Below are positions 41,589-49,830 of a DNA stretch of 64,000 nucleotides, one piece after another. A model generated the notes under the pieces. That model did no database searches. It was not told the origin of the DNA and saw nothing but the letters and a program-made list of their open reading frames with translations. The position numbers and the translations under genes were made by a program. This DNA comes from Candidatus Magasanikiibacteriota bacterium (lineage in GTDB: Bacteria > Patescibacteriota > Patescibacteriia > Magasanikbacterales > 2-02-FULL-50-9b): contig CALQYY010000001.1 in NCBI GenBank assembly GCA_943349075.1, forward strand, positions 8,312 to 72,311, read 5' to 3'. Position 1 is the first letter of the stretch, and each line of letters begins with the position of its first letter.

Positions 41589-42500
41589 ATGAGAAAAGCT
41601 CTGATCACGGGCGGCGGTAAATTTATTGGTTCTCATCTTGCAGAGGAACTAATGCTGCGTAATTATGAAGTTCATATAACCACTAGTTCACCTCAGGGAA
41701 TAGAGGAAAAATATAATGTTGGTGCAGCTGTGCATGTTTGTGACATACGTGATTTTGATGCCATGATGAAGTTGTGTGAAGGAGTGGACTATATTTTTCA
41801 TTTTGCTAGCCATGCGGATCAGGCATGTATTGATAATCCAATTGAGACCGAGAGTGTCAATGTTGGGGGGGCTGTCTCAATGCTGGAAGTTGCTCGACGT
41901 ACAAGGGTAAAAAAGTTTATCTTTGCTTCGTCTGCTATGGTATATGGTGATCAAAAGCAAGTACCTCTTCGAGAAGACCTCTCTGCATTACCAGTTGAGC
42001 CATATGGGTTATACAAGTATTTTGGCGAACGCCTTATGAAATTTTGGGCGGAGCAGTATGCTGTCCCAACAGTTACATTGCGATTTTTTAATGTGTATGG
42101 CCCTCGAGATCCTGTCGGACCTGCTGCGTATGTTATAGGTCGATTGTTAGATAGACGAATAAATAAGTTGCCTCTAACGATTGATGGCGACGGGACTGAT
42201 ACACGTGATTATATCCATGTTACTGACGTTGTTCGCGCATGTATTATCGCAGCGGAACATCCTGATGTGAGTAATGGAGAATTGTTCAATATTGCCACTG
42301 GTATAGAAACCTCACTTAATACGCTTGCGGCACATATAGGAGGAAAAGTAATACATCTTCCAAACCGTTCCGGCTCACGTCGCGGTCCGAATCGACGTGT
42401 CGCAGATATTTTACATGCTAAAACTGTTTTAGGTTGGGTGCCGAATATTACGATTGAGGAGGGTATACAAGCCCTCAAAAATGATCTTGGTATAAGTTAA
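41589..42500 (+). CDS. NAD-dependent sugar epimerase/dehydratase (SDR family)
   Basis: TGGGKFIGSHL Rossmann motif and YGLYKYFGE YxxxK. Confidence 0.8.
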   Translation: MRKALITGGGKFIGSHLAEELMLRNYEVHITTSSPQGIEEKYNVGAAVHVCDIRDFDAMMKLCEGVDYIFHFASHADQACIDNPIETESVNVGGAVSMLEVARRTRVKKFIFASSAMVYGDQKQVPLREDLSALPVEPYGLYKYFGERLMKFWAEQYAVPTVTLRFFNVYGPRDPVGPAAYVIGRLLDRRINKLPLTIDGDGTDTRDYIHVTDVVRACIIAAEHPDVSNGELFNIATGIETSLNTLAAHIGGKVIHLPNRSGSRRGPNRRVADILHAKTVLGWVPNITIEEGIQALKNDLGIS

Positions 42501-42524
42501 AGCTGAAATGATCATGCAAAATAT

Positions 42525-43169
42525 ATGGATCACGAGAATGATTTAGAAAATTGGTTTAAGTCTCAGCAGGAGATTCTTGCTATTGATGTAAAAGAGATAG
42601 CGCTGGCAGATGGTCAGGATTGGGTGATCACTCAGGAAGATGGACGTCCTCATCACATTGGACATAAGACAGGGAAGTATCATCGCGGTGTTTTACTTAA
42701 AGCTTGGGATAATGTACGGCAAGCGTGGATAGAGCGCTTTTTATTAGCGCCAATTCCTCCTGAGGGTGTTGAAAAATTCTATGGCGTTACTCTCATAGCT
42801 CGCTACAACGATCGATATCTGGTACAAGCGAAAGCAGAGCCGGGTAATCCGACTCCGGGCCATGTCCAATTGACTTCTACAATTCAGGCCTCTTATACGA
42901 ATATAATGGCGCAGCTTTCTGGGTCAATTCCTTTTACTTGGATGTATAAGAATGAACGCTGTATACAACTCATTAGCTCTCAAGATGGAGCGCAATTATA
43001 TCTAAAGAACAATAAAGTATCTTTTCTTGAACTTGCAGAAGAACCGAAAGAAATTCCAGAAAATTTTGCTTGGGCAACAGCTGCAGAAATTAAGTCATTT
43101 GCTCAGCGTGGATTAGTTTCAGAACATATAATGCAATGCTTGGGTGTCTGTTTTTTGGCAGATAAATAG
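42525..43169 (+). CDS. single-domain NDP-hexose 2,3-dehydratase-like (Nudix-fold) protein
   Basis: VQAKAEPGNPTPGHVQLTSTIQASYTNI resembles my recollection of the QAKxEPGN...LSPTVQAT signature of EvaA/TylX3-type dehydratases. It is only about half the length of canonical two-domain enzymes. Confidence 0.45.
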   Translation: MDHENDLENWFKSQQEILAIDVKEIALADGQDWVITQEDGRPHHIGHKTGKYHRGVLLKAWDNVRQAWIERFLLAPIPPEGVEKFYGVTLIARYNDRYLVQAKAEPGNPTPGHVQLTSTIQASYTNIMAQLSGSIPFTWMYKNERCIQLISSQDGAQLYLKNNKVSFLELAEEPKEIPENFAWATAAEIKSFAQRGLVSEHIMQCLGVCFLADK

Positions 43170-43241
43170 CTTGCGGTGTTACTTCTGTTTTGATAGTATT
43201 ATTTCGTACATGATAATGTCTGTGCGACAATCTAATATTGT

Positions 43242-44270
43242 ATGAAAAAAATTAAGCTTTTTAAGCCATATGTAAGCTGGCGGGCAATATGGAATGTGGT
43301 GAAGGTTTTACGGAGTGGTCAATTGGCTGAAGGACCTCAGGTTGCTGCATTTGAAAAAGAGTTTGGAGAAATGTTTGGTTTGTCTGATGTTATCACGCTT
43401 AATTCAGGTACGGCCGCACTTGAGTTGGCGTATGAGCTAGCTGGTATAACAGTAGGCGATGAGGTTATCAGTCCTGTTCTTACGATGCCGGCAACTAATA
43501 TTCCTTTGGTCCGACGCGGAGCAAAAATTATTTTCGCAGATACCGAAGATGATTTAAATATTAGTATTGCGGATGTTGAGCAAAAAATAACACCAAACAC
43601 AAAAGCAGTTGTTTTTGTTCACTTTAATGGCAATAACCGAGGGCTTAATGAGCTTGTGGCTCTGTGCGCAAAGAAAAATATTATTCTTATTGAAGACGCT
43701 GCTCAGGCTGTTGGCTCTGATAACTGGGGAAAGGGGGATTTTGTTTGTGTTTCATTTCAGGCAATTAAGACATTTACTACAGGTGATGGTGGGGCTTTAA
43801 TCTGTAAAAATAAGGAGTTGACACCAAAGGCACGTCGATTGCGTTGGTTTGGTTTCGACCGACAGCGCAGACAGACTGCTGACATTACTGAAGCAGGATA
43901 TAAATATCATATGAATGATATTGCAGCGGCGATTGGCCGCGGTAATTTACGTTCAGTTCAGAAAGTGATTGCACATCGCAAGAGTCTTGTAGAAGAATTT
44001 AATAAGCACGGTATACCTGCGCATATCTGGCGCGCATTTATTCTTACAGATCAGCGTGAGGAATTACAAAAAAAATTAAAAGATAATGGTATTGATGCTG
44101 AGGCATACGATAATCGGAATGATATCTATTCGTTATTTGGTGGTCGACAAAGTTTTCCAAACATGGATCGTTTGGAAAAGCGCTATCTGCTTCTACCGCT
44201 TCATATGGGAGTTTCTTTAGACGATGTTCGTAGAATGAGTAAGATAATTAAAGAGTTTTATGCAATATAA
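43242..44270 (+). CDS. DegT/DnrJ/EryC1/StrS-family PLP-dependent sugar aminotransferase
   Basis: N-terminal fold-type I aminotransferase blocks, and an FQAIK-type Lys region (SFQAIKTFTTGDGG). Confidence 0.85.
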   Translation: MKKIKLFKPYVSWRAIWNVVKVLRSGQLAEGPQVAAFEKEFGEMFGLSDVITLNSGTAALELAYELAGITVGDEVISPVLTMPATNIPLVRRGAKIIFADTEDDLNISIADVEQKITPNTKAVVFVHFNGNNRGLNELVALCAKKNIILIEDAAQAVGSDNWGKGDFVCVSFQAIKTFTTGDGGALICKNKELTPKARRLRWFGFDRQRRQTADITEAGYKYHMNDIAAAIGRGNLRSVQKVIAHRKSLVEEFNKHGIPAHIWRAFILTDQREELQKKLKDNGIDAEAYDNRNDIYSLFGGRQSFPNMDRLEKRYLLLPLHMGVSLDDVRRMSKIIKEFYAI

Positions 44271-44820
44271 AAATCCCGACATCTATTCATCGTACAGAGA
44301 AAACGATCTTGGAAGAACTTTTTATGATTTAGTGCTTGAGCACAAACCAAAGAAAATTATAGAGTTTGGAACATTATACGGTTACTCCACTGTTGCAATG
44401 GCAATGGCTCTTGATGAGTTGGGTGAGGGACATGTCTGGGCAAACGATTTGTTTGAAGACTATGAGTTCAGACACTCAACAATGGAAGAAACTCAGAAAA
44501 ATATTGATACCTACGGTGTTACAAAATACATAACCTTACAAAGGAATGATTTTGAGGAGTGGTTAAAGAATCCAGAACCTTTTGATCTTCTTCATGTTGA
44601 TATCTCAAACAAGGGTGATACGATTGAACGATTATATGAAGCAGTGAAAGATCAGATTGCGCATGGAGCAATTGTTATTTTTGAAGGAGGAACTGAAGAG
44701 CGCGATCAAGTAGAATGGGTTACTAAATACAATTGTAAAAAAATTTATGGATCAGGAATTCCATATAAGGTATTAAATCCTAATTTTACTTCATTATCTC
44801 AATTGATTATACCAGAATGA
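44260..44820 (+). CDS. class I SAM-dependent methyltransferase (Methyltransf_24/TylF-like)
   Basis: IIEFGTLYGYST motif I. The small size and deoxysugar context suggest a sugar O- or N-methyltransferase. Confidence 0.55.
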   Translation: MQYKNPDIYSSYRENDLGRTFYDLVLEHKPKKIIEFGTLYGYSTVAMAMALDELGEGHVWANDLFEDYEFRHSTMEETQKNIDTYGVTKYITLQRNDFEEWLKNPEPFDLLHVDISNKGDTIERLYEAVKDQIAHGAIVIFEGGTEERDQVEWVTKYNCKKIYGSGIPYKVLNPNFTSLSQLIIPE

Positions 44821-45647
44821 AATTAGCTATTATCGCCAGTGGTTGGCATTTTCCACTACATTTTTTTAAGCAGATGTCCGAACAAAAAATACCAGCTGGG
44901 TGGACGGTTGATATGTTTTGCGTGTCTCATCGAGATCCCTCATTTTCTGTATCTGAAAAAAAGGAAATGCTTGCGCATATGGGCTATACACGTCGCGAGC
45001 TGTATGATCGAATACTATATGAGCAGATAGCGACTGTTGATGATATTAGAGAGCTTGGATGGGCTTACGTGCTTGAACCGAACATTATTGGTGACATGGG
45101 TAATGTAAATCAATGGCTTGAGAAAAACGATTATAAACAGTACGACAAGTTCTTGTTTACGCACGATGACAACTTTATTCTTTCTACTGAAATGTTGAAA
45201 GATATATTGCCACAGAATGATTGGCTTGTCTTAAGTAATAGCGATGGACATACGCAGCGTCGGCTACGTAAATGGCTTAAATTACCTAAGGAGTTTAGTA
45301 TTCGTGGTTCGTTCGAGTTTTTTACAAAAGAAATGCTTGATATTATGGGAGGTAAATTTGATTTATCTGATGTTCAGTTGACAAGAGACGGAGAGGTTAC
45401 CACAAGCGGTGTATTTGATGAGTTGAGTGATTGGAACGCTACAGTTGTGCCCTGGCAGCGTCTCATTGAAGAAAAAAAACTTAGATCCCGTATACATGCG
45501 CTTTCGGGTTATTATCGGGTTAGCAAATATTGCATTGAGGGAGAACGTGGTTTTATACATCGTACCGAAGCTTGTAATACTGACGAAGAAAATCGAGGTC
45601 TTGATATGGTTGAAAAAAATTTTGAGCGATTGAAGGCTCGTGCTTAA
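44817..45647 (+). CDS. hypothetical protein in the sugar locus
   Basis: Translationally coupled to the upstream gene (ATGA overlap). No recognisable motif. Confidence 0.4.
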   Translation: MKLAIIASGWHFPLHFFKQMSEQKIPAGWTVDMFCVSHRDPSFSVSEKKEMLAHMGYTRRELYDRILYEQIATVDDIRELGWAYVLEPNIIGDMGNVNQWLEKNDYKQYDKFLFTHDDNFILSTEMLKDILPQNDWLVLSNSDGHTQRRLRKWLKLPKEFSIRGSFEFFTKEMLDIMGGKFDLSDVQLTRDGEVTTSGVFDELSDWNATVVPWQRLIEEKKLRSRIHALSGYYRVSKYCIEGERGFIHRTEACNTDEENRGLDMVEKNFERLKARA

Positions 45648-45910
45648 GATGGCGGCATTGTTGAAAGCTACTTTGGAACACGAAGAATTCGAGAATTTCA
45701 TGGTGAATTTAAGTGTGGTAGGGGAATACAACAAACATTTTGGTGGCCACATGGATGAGATTGTGATACTCTGCGAGTAAAGCTTGAACGACTAGTAAAG
45801 CATTATTTATAAACCTAAATATCTAGTCTAAAATCATATACAAATCCAATGAGGAGTGCTCATCAGTTTTGAAGCATATTTAATTTTCTTGGATAAAATA
45901 GAGAAAGTTT

Positions 45911-46636
45911 ATGAAAATAAAAGATTTTGTTTTAGCATTAGTTTCTCCAAATTTACGATTTCGCATTGTAAATTTTAAAAACAGTATTTACGGCGGATAC
46001 AAAAAATTTTATTTTTCTCAAAACGGCGAAGACGTTGTCGCTGCTACATTGTTTGATGATTTAAAAATTAAAAATGGTTTCTATGTTGATGTTGGTGCGC
46101 ATCACCCTCAACGATATTCGAATACAAATTTGCTTTTCTTAAAAGGTTGGTCAGGTATCAATATTGATCCAAACCCCGAGACTATTAGGCTTTTTAACTC
46201 AGCAAGAAAGAGAGATATAAATCTTAATGTGGGTGTTGCTGAAAATAAATCTGAAATTACTTACTATAATTTTTCCGACCCAGCTGTGAATACTTTTTCT
46301 GCACAAGCTGCTAAAAAGTATGAGGATAAAAAATGGATTTCATTAATAAGCAAAACCCTTGTCAGCGTTACTCCGCTCCGCGAAATTTTGGCGCAGCACT
46401 TACCAACAAATAAAACCGTTGATCTTTTAAATATTGATGTCGAAGGTTTTGATATGGAAGTTTTGAGATCAAATGATTGGGAAAATATTAAACCCTGTGT
46501 GATAATTATAGAAGACCATCTTTTTGATATTAAAAAATCGGAAAATAGTGAAATATACTCTTTTCTTTTACAGAGAGGTTATCGACTGCATGTGTATTTA
46601 GGATTTTCGTTAATTTTCGTAAGAGGGGGTATCTAG
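45911..46636 (+). CDS. FkbM-family methyltransferase
   Basis: YVDVGAHHPQ and LLNIDVEGFDMEVL motifs characteristic of the FkbM domain. Confidence 0.7.
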   Translation: MKIKDFVLALVSPNLRFRIVNFKNSIYGGYKKFYFSQNGEDVVAATLFDDLKIKNGFYVDVGAHHPQRYSNTNLLFLKGWSGINIDPNPETIRLFNSARKRDINLNVGVAENKSEITYYNFSDPAVNTFSAQAAKKYEDKKWISLISKTLVSVTPLREILAQHLPTNKTVDLLNIDVEGFDMEVLRSNDWENIKPCVIIIEDHLFDIKKSENSEIYSFLLQRGYRLHVYLGFSLIFVRGGI

Positions 46637-46699
46637 ATAAATTTTAAAAAAAAGACTATTATATATTTTCCCCATCACATTGCGGGAAGGAGATTTCAC

Positions 46700-46912
46700 A
46701 TGAGCGATCGGTTCGAGACCTCAATCCTGTGCGGATTGAGCCGTTCTTTGGTTAGAGACAGTTCGCGGGGACCAAGTCTCCAGCCTTCCGGAAATCCTGT
46801 GGAGGATTCTGAGATTGAAGCGCCTGTTCCGTGGGGATCGCATCGGATTGATCCGAGTCACATCCCTCCGCCGCCAGGCCACATTTCGGATCCGCCCACC
46901 CCATCCAACTAA
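46700..46912 (+). CDS. questionable 70-aa Pro/Ser-rich ORF at the 5' edge of the high-GC island (it may instead be a structured RNA)
   Basis: Strong SD GGAAGGAG sits 7 nt upstream of the ATG. The product is low-complexity and the region is rich in short hairpins. Confidence 0.25.
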   Translation: MSDRFETSILCGLSRSLVRDSSRGPSLQPSGNPVEDSEIEAPVPWGSHRIDPSHIPPPPGHISDPPTPSN

Positions 46913-46972
46913 CAGGACAACCTGTCCTGTTTTCGCGCCACTGACGTAACTGTTGGTGGCGCTCGTTTTTAT
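46912..46972 (+). terminator. tandem stem-loops plus T-tract, copy 1 of a repeated terminator element
   Basis: acaggaca-acc-tgtcctgt then tttcgcgccactgacgtaactgttggtggcg then ctcgttttta. Confidence 0.5.
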
Positions 46973-47092
46973 CATTTGATTGTTGACCGTCTTGTGTATT
47001 TGTTATAGTTTGTTTTGGCAGATAGGCTGCGATGAAGGTGATATCGGTCTCGTTTTTGGGGTGGTGGCGGGAACGGCCTATGCGCACATTCG

Positions 47093-47368
47093 GTGAGCGA
47101 CCAAGAGTTATTCAAATTGTGGCTGCTGGAGGAGTTCATGAACAAAGGTCCTGAAGATGAGATTCTCAAAAGAATTGCCAAGATGGGGGTCGGCGAAGAA
47201 GTTACGTTCGGGCCACAGATTACCGGAACTGAATGGGCTTACCAGCTCATTCGTACCGAGGGAGGAAGACTTGATCTTCGGATGGTCCATGTTTCGGGGA
47301 CGTGTGAGTTCTCGACCGTGGGAAATCCGAATGGAGACATACTCTTCACTCACAAGCACTCTGAGTAG
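47093..47368 (+). CDS. hypothetical 91-aa protein, short member of a two-gene paralog family (with 49097-49693)
   Basis: GTG start with a weak RBS. Shares the motif E(E/S)VTFGP(Q/E)xTGT(E/Q)W(A/S)Y with the 198-aa protein downstream. Confidence 0.35.
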   Translation: MSDQELFKLWLLEEFMNKGPEDEILKRIAKMGVGEEVTFGPQITGTEWAYQLIRTEGGRLDLRMVHVSGTCEFSTVGNPNGDILFTHKHSE

Positions 47369-47391
47369 TCTTGCATCAAGAACGCAACCGT

Positions 47392-47432
47392 TTTTTCGCG
47401 CCATTGACGTAACTGTCGGTGGCGTTGTTTTA
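47392..47432 (+). terminator. copy 2 of the repeated terminator element
   Basis: ttttcgcgccattgacgtaactgtcggtggcgttgttttatt is near-identical to copy 1. Confidence 0.5.
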
Positions 47433-47441
47433 TTATTCACG

Positions 47442-47470
47442 TTGACACTCGAAAGGTTTGTTCGTAGTAT
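47442..47470 (+). promoter_or_regulatory. sigma70-like promoter (TTGACA, 17-nt spacer, TAGTAT)
   Basis: Consensus -35 with a 17-nt spacer. It implies the true start of the downstream gene is the ATG at 47512 after a GGAGG RBS. Confidence 0.45.
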
Positions 47471-47511
47471 GTGGATTACAAGCCTTTAATACGGGCCGTT
47501 TGGAGGAATTC

Positions 47512-48162
47512 ATGCAGAAGGGTGATTGGCGTTCGTGGTTAGCGAGACATCGCGAGCAGAGCTCAATGAGGGCTGAAGTAGTTCCGATTTCGCAGGTCGG
47601 TGACTGGCAGGTTCTGGTTGACGAGTCTGGACAAGCGGTTTCTGTCGGGCGCGCGGACGGGAAGTATCATGAAGCGGTCGTTGTGCGTGTGAGCAACGCT
47701 CGCCGCGAAGTGCCTGATTATTCGACACTCCTTTTCCGAGAGGCAACGAAGCCAGGAGAAGAGGGCGTCATGGTTTTGGTCGGAGACGGCCAGGGAAATT
47801 TCCTGATTCAGGCAAAGGCCGAGCCGGGAAATGACACAGAAGGCAAGGTTCTTCTTGCGGCGACGCTGCAAGTCTCCAGGGCCAATCTCGGACAGGCGCA
47901 TGGGGGGGGTATACCTCCGCGAGCAGAGCTTTTCGGTCAGGTCGATCCCGCCGGATGGTGCCTCATTCGGGCTGATGGCGCGCGTTTTCTCAGCAAGCGA
48001 AACTTGTTTGCAGTCGCGATTGTTGATCGCGGTGGGTTTGAGACAAGCGAATCTGAGCGCTGGTTCACAGACGCGGAGCTCTGCGAGGCGCTTCAGGATG
48101 GGGAAGTTGGTGAGCTTTTGGCGCACGCCTGGCTTGCAGCACTCAAGATGCCACGAGTCTAG
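47512..48162 (+). CDS. single-domain NDP-hexose 2,3-dehydratase-like (Nudix-fold) protein, high-GC paralog of 42525-43169
   Basis: GKYH and LIQAKAEPGNDTEGKVLLAATLQVS are shared with the sugar-locus protein. GGAGG RBS. Confidence 0.5.
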   Translation: MQKGDWRSWLARHREQSSMRAEVVPISQVGDWQVLVDESGQAVSVGRADGKYHEAVVVRVSNARREVPDYSTLLFREATKPGEEGVMVLVGDGQGNFLIQAKAEPGNDTEGKVLLAATLQVSRANLGQAHGGGIPPRAELFGQVDPAGWCLIRADGARFLSKRNLFAVAIVDRGGFETSESERWFTDAELCEALQDGEVGELLAHAWLAALKMPRV

Positions 48163-48171
48163 GACAAGGCT

Positions 48172-48224
48172 CATGGGCGGCAGTTCGAGGTTGAAACGAC
48201 CTCGGCTGCCGCTTTCTTTTTATC
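48172..48224 (+). terminator. intrinsic terminator
   Basis: Imperfect long hairpin, ggcggcagttcgaggt...acctcggctgccgc, followed by tttcttttta. Confidence 0.45.
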
Positions 48225-48236
48225 TAAATTCACGTA

Positions 48237-48265
48237 TTGACAGTAATTAATTTTTGATGTATTAA
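48237..48265 (+). promoter_or_regulatory. sigma70-like promoter (TTGACA, 17-nt spacer, TATTAA)
   Basis: Consensus -35 with a 17-nt AT-rich spacer, upstream of the GGAGG-ATG at 48313. Confidence 0.45.
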
Positions 48266-48312
48266 TCATGCACGCTAACTGCGCTGCCATCTAGTGGCAG
48301 AGGAGGCTGTTC

Positions 48313-49008
48313 ATGTCTAGGAGCTTTTCATTGCGGCCTCGCCGCGAAACGCTCGAGGAAGTGAACCGGTTGATAACCAAAGAGTGTCCTTGGTTTGTTC
48401 CAATTGCAGATGAGCGCGAACTCGGTATGTGTTCGAAAGGTGAGATTGAGATTATCGCTGTGGCTCAGGTGGTCGCGGATTTGTGGCATGCGTTCGCGCA
48501 TGTGCAGTTCACGACCATCCAGCCCGACGGTAGCTTCAAACCCTACACAGTTCGAATCGACAAGCCGGCCGCGCTCGTTTATGCGGTGATCAATGGAAAA
48601 CTGCTCTTGTCGTACCAGTCTCGGCTGGCGATCGGTAGTAAGTGGACTCTTGAGTTGCCGCGTGGTTGGGTCTCGCCGGAGGATGCGAGAACGCCTGAGT
48701 CAGCGGTGCGTGCACTGTTGACGCGGGAATGTGGATCGGCATTCGTGGCTTCGCTAAGCTCGTTTCGGCCTGTAGAGGTAAAACGAATTTGGCAGGATAC
48801 GGGTACGATGCGCAGTGATTTGCCGGTGTACTATCTCGAGGCAGAATCTGTGCTCATACCACTGGAACGCCAGGGTGTGTGCAAGCCGAAGCTTTACGGC
48901 TTTGGTGAAGCAGATGAATTGGAAGAGAAAGGAAAGCTGAATGACGCACTCTCTCTCGCAGGGTTGCGAGTGGTGGAGCGTTATCTGCAACGCACGGTCC
49001 GGCTCTAG
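48313..49008 (+). CDS. Nudix-like fold protein with a degenerate Nudix box
   Basis: AALVYAVINGKLLLSYQSR beta-strand followed by WTLELPRGWVSPEDARTPESAVRALLTRECG follows the Nudix topology, but the REUxEE catalytic glutamates are not conserved. Confidence 0.4.
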   Translation: MSRSFSLRPRRETLEEVNRLITKECPWFVPIADERELGMCSKGEIEIIAVAQVVADLWHAFAHVQFTTIQPDGSFKPYTVRIDKPAALVYAVINGKLLLSYQSRLAIGSKWTLELPRGWVSPEDARTPESAVRALLTRECGSAFVASLSSFRPVEVKRIWQDTGTMRSDLPVYYLEAESVLIPLERQGVCKPKLYGFGEADELEEKGKLNDALSLAGLRVVERYLQRTVRL

Positions 49009-49096
49009 GCCGGGAACATACTACGCAGGCTGCTCGTCTCGGAGCAGGTGTGGCACCTGGCAGACCCTACGGGGACTGCGATAACGGTGCAGTGCT

Positions 49097-49693
49097 ATGA
49101 ATACTTCAAGCAAGATCAATGTTGAACTCCAAGCAGCTCTCGGCGCGCTGATCGCTCAGCTTCCGGCGGGCGAGAGTGTCACCTTCGGTCCCGAACAGAC
49201 AGGTACGCAGTGGAGTTACACTCTCACGGCGTGCGAGATTGACGGGAAACGGCGCGTGGATGCCCGGCTTCACAACACAAGCGATGGCATGGATTGGTTC
49301 TACGCTGTGGACACACAGCCGCACAAGCTCGGCGCGCCGATCATGTACGAGGAGCCGTCACTACGCGTGCCGTGTGCGGAAGCGGGCATCTTGGATCAGG
49401 AGGGATTTCTGGTTGGTGTCGTGGCTTTCGGGGACAGCACGCTGCGCGCGAGCTGGTCCAAGTTGGTCAAAATCGAACAGAAGCAGTTCGGGTTCGCCCC
49501 GGATCGCAGCTTCTCGATCAACGGCGAACTCATCGGGTACGTGTGGGCAATTGTCCTTGCGAACAAGAATCGCATCGATGGCTACGTGGCAGTCGTCCGC
49601 CCCGAGTCGCCGATCGGTCCGGTGTGGGTGTTGGAGCTCGAGGACGTCGTGCGCGAAGCGGTCCTCCAGGATGCGCTGCGTGTGAACGTGTAG
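49097..49693 (+). CDS. hypothetical 198-aa protein, long member of the paralog family with 47093-47368
   Basis: Shared N-terminal motif GESVTFGPEQTGTQWSYTL. The C-terminal about 110 aa are unique. Confidence 0.4.
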   Translation: MNTSSKINVELQAALGALIAQLPAGESVTFGPEQTGTQWSYTLTACEIDGKRRVDARLHNTSDGMDWFYAVDTQPHKLGAPIMYEEPSLRVPCAEAGILDQEGFLVGVVAFGDSTLRASWSKLVKIEQKQFGFAPDRSFSINGELIGYVWAIVLANKNRIDGYVAVVRPESPIGPVWVLELEDVVREAVLQDALRVNV

Positions 49694-49719
49694 CTCGGTT
49701 CCTTCGGGGTCTGGGCAGT

Positions 49720-49762
49720 GGGTGGTAGGTTGTCGTCAAGACGCCTGCCACCCTATTTTTAT
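49720..49762 (+). terminator. intrinsic terminator
   Basis: gggtggtagg...cctgccaccc stem with one G.U pair, followed by tattttta. Confidence 0.5.
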
Positions 49763-49763
49763 A

Positions 49764-49791
49764 TTGACTTTTTTTTAAAAAACGATACAAT
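49764..49791 (+). promoter_or_regulatory. sigma70-like promoter (TTGACT, 16-nt spacer, TACAAT)
   Basis: Hexamers immediately follow the terminator. This implies the real start of the next gene is the ATG at 49831 after AAGGAGG. Confidence 0.45.
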
Positions 49792-49830
49792 TCCAAAATG
49801 CTCTGTAATTTTGTGGGGCAAGGAGGCGCG

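Noticed and set aside
46706-46722. tRNA-like T-arm motif cggttcgagacc at the island boundary, considered as a tRNA-derived att site
   Set aside because: The flanks do not form a 5-bp T-stem, an acceptor stem or a cloverleaf, and there is no CCA-proximal structure. It is probably a chance match.
46770-46805. Minus-strand TCCGGAAGG resembling SRP RNA domain IV; tmRNA and RNase P RNA were also considered for 46680-46935
   Set aside because: The conserved AAGCAGC core of SRP RNA is absent, as are the tmRNA tag frame and tRNA-like end and the RNase P P4 and GGAAAGTCCGG motifs. The length is also too short.
47458-47511. Upstream ATG starts of the island genes (47458/47469 and 49798)
   Set aside because: Both lie within or immediately after the -10 hexamers of consensus promoters and lack an RBS. 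The downstream ATGs at 47512 and 49831 have GGAGG/AAGGAGG sites.
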